Part shown: piece by piece, positions 55,661 through 64,000 of the stretch | How the letters are laid out: the number at the start of each line of letters is the position of its first letter | Numbering within the stretch: position 1 is the first letter of the stretch | DNA from: an uncultured Methanosarcinaceae archaeon | Lineage (GTDB): Archaea > Halobacteriota > Methanosarcinia > Methanosarcinales > Methanosarcinaceae | Assembly: GCA_963847185.1 (NCBI GenBank) | Contig: CAWJYV010000001.1 | Location: forward strand, 96,001 to 160,000 | DNA length: 64,000 bases | Direction: 5' to 3' | Notes under the pieces: generated by a model | Seen by the model: the letters and a program-made list of their open reading frames with translations, nothing else | What the model was told of the DNA's origin: nothing | Database searches by the model: none | Position numbers and translations under genes: made by a program

Positions 55661-56567
55661 ATGACATTCATGGACTTCGAAAAATTACGACACGGGACCG
55701 AACTTATCAAGCGGGGCTTTGCACGGATGCAGAAAGGGGGTGTGATCATGGACGTTACAACTCCCGAACAGGCCCGGATCGCAGAAGAAGCCGGAGCAGT
55801 TGCCGTTATGGCTCTTCAGGCTGTCCCCGCAGATATCAGGAAAGCCGGGGGAGTTGCCCGGATGGCAGACCCTGAAATCGTTCAAAAAATCATTGATACG
55901 GTCACAATTCCTGTAATGGCAAAAGCCAGGATCGGGCACTTCGTAGAGGCTGAAATATCTAGAAGCCCTTGGCGTTGACATGGTGGACGAATCAGAAGTC
56001 CTGACCCCTGCTGACCCTTACTACCACATAGACAAGACACAGTTTACCGTTCCTTTTGTCTGCGGAGCCAGAAACCTTGGAGAAGCTCTTCGCAGAATTA
56101 ATGAAGGGGCAGCCATGATCCGGACAAAAGGAGAAGCCGGAACTGGAGATGTCAGCCAGGCAGTAAAGCACATGAAGCAGATTCAGGGAGAAATCCGTGC
56201 CCTTGCCGGAAAAACCAAAGAAGAACTCATTCTGGTTGCAAGGGAAATAGAAGCTCCTATAGAACTTGTTGTCGAAACCGCAAAAATGCAGCGCCTTCCG
56301 GTAGTAAACTTTGCAGCAGGCGGAGTTGCAACTCCTGCAGATGCAGCACTTATGATGCGCCTTGGAGCAGACGGAGTTTTTGTGGGCTCAGGAATTTTCA
56401 AAGCCGAAAACCCTGAAAAGATGGCAAAGGCAATTGTTGAAGCAGTCAACAACTTTGACAACCCTGCAAAACTAGCAGAAATCTCAAAAGGCGTGGGTGC
56501 AGGCATGAAAGGCATCAGCGCAGATATGATCCCTGCTGCAGAAGCTCTCCAGGAACGCGGGTGGTAA
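55661..56567 (+). pseudogene. pdxS: PLP synthase lyase subunit with a single frameshift near 55958 (possibly an assembly error)
   Basis: [22 protein letters not shown] then [39 protein letters not shown]. Confidence 0.9.
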
Positions 56568-56568
56568 T

Positions 56569-56626
56569 CCACCCGAGTTTCGCTTCGGGAGCACGAAGTC
56601 TTTTCGCTTCGCTCAAGAGGACTAAT
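56569..56626. repeat. REP-like hairpin repeat right after the pdxS stop
   Basis: CCCGAG-TTTCGC-TTCGGG and TTTTCGCTTCGCTCAAGAGGACTAA. Confidence 0.7.
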
Positions 56627-56963
56627 TTATGGCTTAGAATCTTATTTAGCTTCCTTAATTGGGTGGATCTTGAGAAAATTCGATTTGTTTCACTGCGCTT
56701 AAAAGTACTAACTTCTGGTAATTATACAGCCATTTGATAGCACTTTCCCAATAAACGATTAATCTTTAATTATATATATCATGAAGAACTCTAATGTGCT
56801 GGGCATCTGGGTAGGTCATTAAAGACCCTTTATAAACTCTTTTTAATAACCCCCCAACACCCCCAACTCCCCAATACCCGGGTGCTCATTCCCATTTTCT
56901 ACTCCTTAGATCATAGAATTCGTTTTCTTGTTCGGATTTGTCTGGAGAGGACTCAATTCAGCT

Positions 56964-57200
56964 TTTTCAGGCAATATAACTCAACTGGTAATTTTCAGGC
57001 AATATAACTCAACTGGTAACAGAACAATAATTCCTATGAGCCCTTTTCCTCCTCCAATCAGATGGTTATAATCAGGATAAACGAATCCATATCCTATGAC
57101 CTGTGCATTGAAAACTCCGTACACGTATGAAGCCAGAAGTATTCTTTTATTTTCAGGGTCAAAACCCCGATATAAATTCCAAGCAGAGTGATCAGGACAG
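56964..57200 (-). pseudogene. Remnant of a CPBP/CAAX-protease-like membrane protein with a 28-bp tandem duplication
   Basis: Broken frames LITLLGIYIGVLTLK / ILLASYVYGVFNAQ / LIGGGKGLIGIIVLL; TTTTCAGGCAATATAACTCAACTGGTAA x2 at 56964-57019. Confidence 0.4.
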
Positions 57201-57712
57201 TAAGTATTAGGCCTCCGGCTATTTTATCAGGATAATCTCTGGAGTTAAGAAGAAGTACAAAAGGCAGATGTCAGAGTCCCCAGTTAAACCTGAGATTATG
57301 AGTGCTTTTTCTCTTCAAAAGGCAGTAATTTAGGGAGCTTGTCCAGTGCTTCAGCGCGGCTTAAACCGTTTCCTCTCAAAAAAGGTATTTAAAAATAGGG
57401 ATTTTAGGGATTTTTAATAACAAAGATTAATGATCAAATTGCGGAAAATAATAACCAAAAATTTATCCTAAGTAAATTTCATTAGTTTTAATTTCAATTT
57501 AATATAAATAAGCATTATTCCGTAAGCTTATTCAGAAATATTGGTTCTTTCTATTAAGAAAAATTCAAAAAAGTTAACAAATTTTAATATTTACTTATAT
57601 TTCACTACTAATTCCTCTAAATTTCAAAAGTAGAAAATAATTAGAAAAACTAACCGAAAAACTTTTAACCTTTCTCGAAGGAATATGTAATTCATTAAGA
57701 AATTATGTATGA

Positions 57713-58312
57713 TTGGGAGTGGTTTATACGGAAAACTTCAAGATTACCCGTGGGAAGGGTAATTGTTTTGAATTTATGTATAATTCAAATACAGTAAAAG
57801 AATTAAAATCAAGTGAAATATGGAAAAGATGTGCAGCTCATATTTTTGATATTTTTATGGTAAATCTGTTTGCTCTTCTTATTCTTATATCAGTCACGTT
57901 AATTGTTGTTCAACCTTTGAAAATATATGGCATGTTGCTTGCAAACCTGGCTATCCTCGCTTATTTCATTTATTTTGAAGACTCTTCGAGAGCAGCAAGA
58001 TCCGGAAAAAAATGGATAAATCGAATTTATAGCTGTTTTGAATGCAAAAAAATCTCTGTTGAGAGGGCATTTTTCAGTTATTGTACAGGAGGAATGGCAG
58101 GTTTTTTTCTGGTAGTTATAGATGTGGCTGCTAACGGGGTGGCGATGGCCAGCGAACATCTGGGATTTTACTTCATTATACCTCTCGTAACATATGCTCC
58201 TGTACTATTTATGAGCCTTAGAGAGAATGTTCATGATTTATTTACAGGTACAGTATTCCTGAAAAATCCGGAAGTAAATTCGGCTGTAAGTCCTGGAGGA
58301 AATGAGGAATAA
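57713..58312 (+). CDS. RDD-family membrane protein
   Basis: WKRCAAHIFD, GKK, HDLFTGT. Confidence 0.75.
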   Translation: MGVVYTENFKITRGKGNCFEFMYNSNTVKELKSSEIWKRCAAHIFDIFMVNLFALLILISVTLIVVQPLKIYGMLLANLAILAYFIYFEDSSRAARSGKKWINRIYSCFECKKISVERAFFSYCTGGMAGFFLVVIDVAANGVAMASEHLGFYFIIPLVTYAPVLFMSLRENVHDLFTGTVFLKNPEVNSAVSPGGNEE

Positions 58313-58415
58313 AACTTTTTTGTTTGTATAAATTTTTCCTATTATACAATTTTGTCCTGCTTTACAATACCTTTAATTGTTCGATTTTTTCGATTTTTTC
58401 CGGCTCTCCTCTAAT

Positions 58416-59882
58416 TCAGCTCCGCCAGCTCCTCTCCATTTTCTCATACAGGCCGATTAAATTATTTCTTGTAATTTTGAAATAAGGATGGTCGGGTCCA
58501 TACTCTTTTTCAATTATATCGAGGGCTTTTTCGTAAAGGTCTATCGAAGTTTCATATTCACCCATGCTTTCATGGAGACCTGCGAGGTTGTTGAGTGTAG
58601 TGCCTACATCAGGATGAGTTGGGCCCAGGGTTTTTTCATAGATTTCAAGGGCACGGGTGTAGAGGGGGAGGGCTTTTTTATGCTGACCAATTATTCTGTA
58701 AAGCTCGCCCAGGTTATTGAGAGTCTTGGCAACTTCAGGACTGTCAGGACCAAGGACACGTTCCCGGATTTCAAGGGCTCTAGTGTATGCTTCCAGAGCT
58801 TTTTCATTGCGACCTTTCTGCACATATACGCCTGCCAGATTGTTCAGGGTTGTGGCAAAGCCTGTGTGTTCGGTTTTTCCGAACTTTTCCATGATATCAA
58901 GGGATCTTGTGTAGAGGATGAGCGCTTTTTCATATCTCGTTGTCTGGAAATAAAGAAGAGCAAGATTATTCAGCGTTTGGGCTACCTGTGGGTGTTCAGG
59001 GCCGTATACCTTTTCCTGAAGCTTTAAAGCCTGCCTGTATCTATCTTCAGAGTCCTCAGTTTTTCCCATCTCTGAGAGCAAAACACCCAGGTTATTCAGG
59101 GTTCCGGCTTTATACGTCATAGTCCCGCGCTTACCAGGATCTCTTACCTCGAGCTTCTCAAGGAGTTCGAGAGCTCTGGTAAAGAGTTCTTCAGCTCTTT
59201 CGGGTTTTTCCATTCCCTTATAAAAAAATGCCATCCTGTTCAGAGTTCTAATAGCACCGAGATTTTCCGGGCTCAGAAATTTTTCCTGGATTCCTAAAGC
59301 CCGCATGTAATATGAAAGGGCTTCATCTGGCTTTTCCATTAAATAGTAGAGAGTACCAAGCTCACTGAGAGTGTCTCCAGTTTCAGGCTTCTCAGTTCCA
59401 GAAAATTTTTCACGAATCCTGAGCGCTCTGGTAAAAAGCCTGAGCGACTCTTCATAATTTTCCATGTAACGGTAAATTCCTGCTATTCCATTTAGTATAG
59501 ATGCGGTTTCAGAGCTTTCAGGCTCAAGGCAGTTTTCAGAAATACCAAGCAGCTCCTCGTAAAGAGGTAACAACATTTTCCAGGACCCAGACCTGTAGAA
59601 AGGTTCAGCTCTAATAATAAACCATCCTACCAGCTCCTCAGGTCTGAAAAATTCTTTTGCATATAAAAAAGCTTCCTTAAAGGCTATCTCGTCTTCAGGG
59701 GTGATAAGTTCAGGGTCCAAGTCTTTCAGCCTTTGTTCATACCTCTCAAGAATAGCTTTTTTGCTTCCCTCCTTTTTGTCCTCTATCTTACCAGAGCTGT
59801 TTTTGGCAGAAATTTTTTCTTTTCCTGAGCTTTCTCCTCTTTCTGAACTTTCTTCTTTTACTGAATCTTTGGAATTGATCAT
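58416..59882 (-). CDS. Tetratricopeptide repeat protein (kinesin-light-chain-like TPRs)
   Basis: Repeated A.TLNNLA.LY...YTRALEI.EK.LGP.HP. Confidence 0.92.
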   Translation of the reverse strand: MINSKDSVKEESSERGESSGKEKISAKNSSGKIEDKKEGSKKAILERYEQRLKDLDPELITPEDEIAFKEAFLYAKEFFRPEELVGWFIIRAEPFYRSGSWKMLLPLYEELLGISENCLEPESSETASILNGIAGIYRYMENYEESLRLFTRALRIREKFSGTEKPETGDTLSELGTLYYLMEKPDEALSYYMRALGIQEKFLSPENLGAIRTLNRMAFFYKGMEKPERAEELFTRALELLEKLEVRDPGKRGTMTYKAGTLNNLGVLLSEMGKTEDSEDRYRQALKLQEKVYGPEHPQVAQTLNNLALLYFQTTRYEKALILYTRSLDIMEKFGKTEHTGFATTLNNLAGVYVQKGRNEKALEAYTRALEIRERVLGPDSPEVAKTLNNLGELYRIIGQHKKALPLYTRALEIYEKTLGPTHPDVGTTLNNLAGLHESMGEYETSIDLYEKALDIIEKEYGPDHPYFKITRNNLIGLYEKMERSWRS

Positions 59883-60812
59883 TGTTAACCCCTCATGAAC
59901 GAAAAAAAGGCTAATGAAATCTTTATCCGAATATTAATTGGAATATTAAAAGATGCTTCTATATTAAATCTAACATGCCTGCGTAAAAAGGGGTATAGAA
60001 ATGAGATTTTTCCGATATATTATTTTCTTATTTTTGCACTAATACAACTTCTGAATTCTAGAATGCCCTATTTAGTTTTCGACGTAAATTTTACACTTTA
60101 ATCCTTTTTTGAGGAAAAATCTGCTTCGTCAGAAATATTTAAATTTCTACGCTGTCAAATACATACAAAAATACCCACTCGGCGGTTTATTGCTTTTTTG
60201 GATTAGTGAAAGAAGTTAAGAGATTTACTATATCTTAATTTTTCTTTTCGATTTAGTATACTTATAAATAACTTTATTCATATCTTTAAATAATATTATA
60301 CTCAATCACTCGGTGTTTTTATCTCGTTTTATCATAAATTTTATATGTATTGAGTACAAATAATTATTGACTTTAAAAAAGTTAATGAACTATATGGTCT
60401 TGGGGAAGGATTAGGCTACTTTGTAGAGTTATCCTGCTGAAATAGTGAGTAACTTTTGTTTTAATCTCTGGAGTTTTGGGAAGCAAAAATCGATTGGATC
60501 GTTTTGAAAGACTTCCAGTACGAAAAAATATTGATTTCCAGAATTCGGCTAATTTCGATGTGTTCAACTGCATACCTTGAAGACTTGAAGCCTTCAAAGC
60601 ATCAAAAAGATTCACGAAATCTAAAATATCTGTAATTGCCCTACTACTATTATTGCTACTACTATTTCGTGTAGATGAAAAAAGATTCCTTGGCCATATG
60701 AATAGAATAAGTTTTCAGGCCGATATGATGTCTGTCAAATGATTTTTAGGTCTGTACGGCTGATGTTAAACGTTTACAAGTAAAGTGAACTTATTTGGAT
60801 TGGGGAGCGAAT

Positions 60813-61844
60813 ATGGAGAATATTTCAAGACTGAAGTTTACAAAAACGTCTAATGAGCTTCTGGCTATCCTTATATTAGGGTTCATTTTTACAGCGATAG
60901 CCTCCAACTATAACCTTATTGAATTTATTGTTACGTTTGTCAGAGGATACGACAGAGGGGAGATAAGAGAACTGCTGATTATTCTGGCATTCATTGGTTT
61001 TGGGGCAGGAATCTTTTCCTTTGGCCGCTGGATAGAATTTGAAAGGACTCTGAAACGTTGCAGAGTCACGGAAAATGATCTGAATGAAAGGAATAAAATC
61101 TACAGATCCTTATTTGAGCAGGCCAGTGAAGCAGTCATCGTTGCAGACGGAAAGAAAATTCTTAATATCAATAAGAAAGGCTGTGAAATTTTCGGTTTAA
61201 AGCAAGAATCTCTCTGTGATCTCTCCTTGGTATCTCTTATTCCAGCAAAATACCTTTCTGAATTTCAACAGACTTTGAACGAGACATTAAGGGAGAATTT
61301 CTCCTCTTTTGAGCTGAAATATACAAAACCTGACGGAAATATAATAGACATGGAAATTAGCTTATCTCTTGTAGATAGAGAAGATAAGATTGTTCAGGTT
61401 ATTGCTCGTGATATTACTGACCGAAAGAAGACAAGAAGAAGGGAACAAGAAGGCAGGGAAAGGCTAAAAACTATCTTTGACAACACTTTTTGCGGCATTT
61501 TTCTGATTGAAGCTTCCACCAGAAAAATTGTGGGTGCAAACTCGGTTGCACTTAAGGCTACGGGTTATTCTGAGAAAGAACTTATGGGTAAAGCCTTGCA
61601 AGAATTAATCTGCCAGATCGGGGATGAAAGATTTGCTTCTTCTTTGAATCCGGCTGGAGATCTTTCAGAAGGTATACTCTTCAGGCAAAGAGGCGATTCC
61701 ATACCGATTCTAAGAAGTATTGTGCCTGTATCAATAGGAGAAAAAGCATACTTTGTTGAAAGTTTTGTTGACCTGCCTGAATTTAAGAAAACAGAAGAAT
61801 TTTTCCAGACAAAAACAGAACTTGAAGGAGCAAACTATATGTGA
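60813..61844 (+). CDS. Membrane-anchored two-PAS-domain protein lacking a kinase domain
   Basis: Two TM helices, YRSLFEQASEAV...ARDITDRKK, second PAS; ends at ELEGANYM. Confidence 0.8.
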   Translation: MENISRLKFTKTSNELLAILILGFIFTAIASNYNLIEFIVTFVRGYDRGEIRELLIILAFIGFGAGIFSFGRWIEFERTLKRCRVTENDLNERNKIYRSLFEQASEAVIVADGKKILNINKKGCEIFGLKQESLCDLSLVSLIPAKYLSEFQQTLNETLRENFSSFELKYTKPDGNIIDMEISLSLVDREDKIVQVIARDITDRKKTRRREQEGRERLKTIFDNTFCGIFLIEASTRKIVGANSVALKATGYSEKELMGKALQELICQIGDERFASSLNPAGDLSEGILFRQRGDSIPILRSIVPVSIGEKAYFVESFVDLPEFKKTEEFFQTKTELEGANYM

Positions 61845-62004
61845 AGGCATTCTTTAGCTTGAGCTAGCTATATGAAAACAGTCATTAGCTTTAGCTATTA
61901 CTTCCCACTTAACTGCAGCCTTCAAATTTCCAAAACCGGGATTAAAAATAAAGGCTTTCAGAAAAGAAAAATTGTAAATTTTTGTTTTTTCTCAGGTTTT
62001 CGTT

Positions 62005-63112
62005 TTACCAGACACGGCTGTTTTTCAGGGTAGCCAGGATATTTGTGAACTCGTTACTGAACCTGCAATTTCTGAAATCAGCCGAGCCAAGAATGTTTTT
62101 CTTTATCTCCTGTAACCCGATAAACAGGCTGATATCGTCACTGTATTCAAATTCCTCTCCGGATGGAGTGATGTTTTCTGCAAGAATTTCTAGGAGCTTC
62201 GGATCAAGGTCATTTGTTAAATATGTGTCCAGAATCAGAATATCTGAAATTCTTTTATAAAAATCAATCAGATGCTGGTAACCGGGTATAGGAGTAAACT
62301 TTTGCCAGATCCTTTTGCCTGTTAAGATAAATCAGGTAGCGAGAGATTGTGCTTACTAGGGTCTCAGTGATTTGCTTTTTAGGAAATTCGATTGGGAACC
62401 TTTTCAGCATTTCCGAGTTCAGCTTACCGTTGTTCTGTGCCTTTTCGCGGTTTAGGATCTCAGGAAAAGCTCTTGATATCGAGGAATTAAGTACAGCTGT
62501 TGTATAGTGGTATAGCGTGGGATCCCCGAGAACTATCCCTACTCCATCTGCAAATACATGGCGCCCGATCTGATCATATGAAGCCTGCAAATGCACATTA
62601 TTAGTAACAATGATTTTTGGTGTTTTTACGTAATGCAGGAAATTTTCTTTTTCCAGGCGATAGATATCAGCAGAATCCAGTTCCTGTCCATCGGTTTCTG
62701 ATGTATGTTTGATTTCTACCAGCTGCTTGTAAGCTACAGGATACTTCGTTTTTATCTCCTCTGGCTGATATAATCTATACTCCTTCTTGATACCATAGCC
62801 GAGGATTTCATATGGCAGCATAAACTGGTACTGGGTTGAATGAATAGTAAACTCATTCGTGAGGGAGCCATCCATATAAGGATACATAAGTTCCTTTTCT
62901 ATACTTACCTGCTCTACGCTTACATTACTTTGGGGGGTTCCACAACCATTGGATGCGTCTGTACAATATTCTCTGGAAAGGCCAGTTTTATATAAAAAAT
63001 CATTTTTTGTAGGTACGCCTTCAAAGACTTCTATTGAGATGTCTTCCAGCGTTCTGGATATTTTACTGAGCCTTTCTACAATGTCGTCCTTACTCCAGAA
63101 CATATATTTCAC
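62005..63112 (-). pseudogene. Stand-alone TaqI-C-like target recognition domain protein; frameshift near 62285
   Basis: KTPKIIV, YTTAVLNSSI, LKRFPI motifs; alternate frame QHLIDFYKRISD...KNSRVW open to TAA 62005. Confidence 0.65.
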
Positions 63113-63422
63113 TTCTCTTAAATATATATAGGGAATTCCGGATAATAGCCTTAGTCATCAGTCGCAATGTCAAAAAATACAGCTGGGTCGCATTGTCAAA
63201 AATTACAACTGGGGGATTTTAAGACATGTAACTTTTGACTTTTCAGAATCTCCGTATCAACTTTGAATATGACTCTTAATATAATAATCTATCTATATTA
63301 AAAGTTGACAATTACAATTTACTTTTTCAGGTTAACTGAAAAGCAAGAGCATATGGCCTCAAATTAGATATTTGATACCTTAAGAAGTAAGCTTTTTGAG
63401 AAATGAGAAAAAACCTCGCGGT

Positions 63423-64000
63423 TCACATATTAGATAAGACTTTAAAAGCCATTCTTGCATTTTCCAGCATACTGTGATTATTATTGAAATAGATGTAAAC
63501 TTTCCCAGGCCCAAAATCATTTATCTTCCGGGCAGTTTCTTCGATCTCTTTTTGTAAATAATTATAGCTATACCAGCTTTCTCTTCCATGCATTCTCAAA
63601 TAAATGATTTTTCCGGGAAAGATTCGGTCTCTATAATCAGGCGAATCTACAGATACCAGTGTCACCTTTTTCATAAGCTCTTCACACAATTTATCGTCTC
63701 CAAGTAATTCTTTATTCCTGAGCTCAAAAGCGAACCTCTCGCCAAGTCCTGTATCTTCCGCAAATCTGAGAGCCCTCGCGATATCATTAAACTTTGGAGG
63801 TGTCTGGAAAAGATAAAAATCAATTAAATGGTCCATGGGTTCAAAAAGCTCCCGAAAATTGTCCCAGATTTCAAGAGCACTTTCACTAAACTGGCGCCAG
63901 TGAGTTATGGACCTGTGAACTTTTACGCTCCATCTGAGCCCTGATCCTTTCACTTTCCAGCTTTCGACTTGCCGTGGAGATGGAAATCTGTAAAAGCTGA
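63423..64000 (-). CDS. DUF72 family protein (5' end outside the window)
   Basis: SFYRFPSPRQV, WSVKVHRSITH, LFQTPPKF, AFELRN, YLRMHGR, YIYFNN. Confidence 0.9.
   Translation of the reverse strand, partial: SFYRFPSPRQVESWKVKGSGLRWSVKVHRSITHWRQFSESALEIWDNFRELFEPMDHLIDFYLFQTPPKFNDIARALRFAEDTGLGERFAFELRNKELLGDDKLCEELMKKVTLVSVDSPDYRDRIFPGKIIYLRMHGRESWYSYNYLQKEIEETARKINDFGPGKVYIYFNNNHSMLENARMAFKVLSNM

Overview
Archaeal window, most likely Methanosarcina (DUF1699 paralogs, PocR/PAS HisKA_2 kinases, PKD/PGF-CTERM surface proteins, SepCysS). Roughly the first 33 kb is accessory DNA. It holds regulators, two paralogous PAS kinases, IS701, IS6, IS200, IS1 and IS630 elements (several nested), MITEs, a dinB pseudogene and a four-gene nitrogenase-like operon (NifH-NifD fusion) bracketed by IS6 ends. 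It also carries a family of co-oriented intergenic repeats. The right half is more core-like (flavoredoxin, aldo/keto reductases, xth, Ca2+/H+ antiporter, aminotransferase, CHASE4 kinase). Its most striking locus is four tRNA-Cys(GCA) genes, three with the perfect palindrome TTCACAATTGTGAA between TATA box and tRNA, leading into an N-terminally extended SepCysS, metY and pdxS. One tRNA-Cys has A33. Two duplicated two-hairpin ncRNA candidates also occur. Many single-base frameshifts, including one in pdxS, suggest assembly indels may inflate the pseudogene count. Coordinates outside the ORF track were counted by eye and may be off by a few bases.
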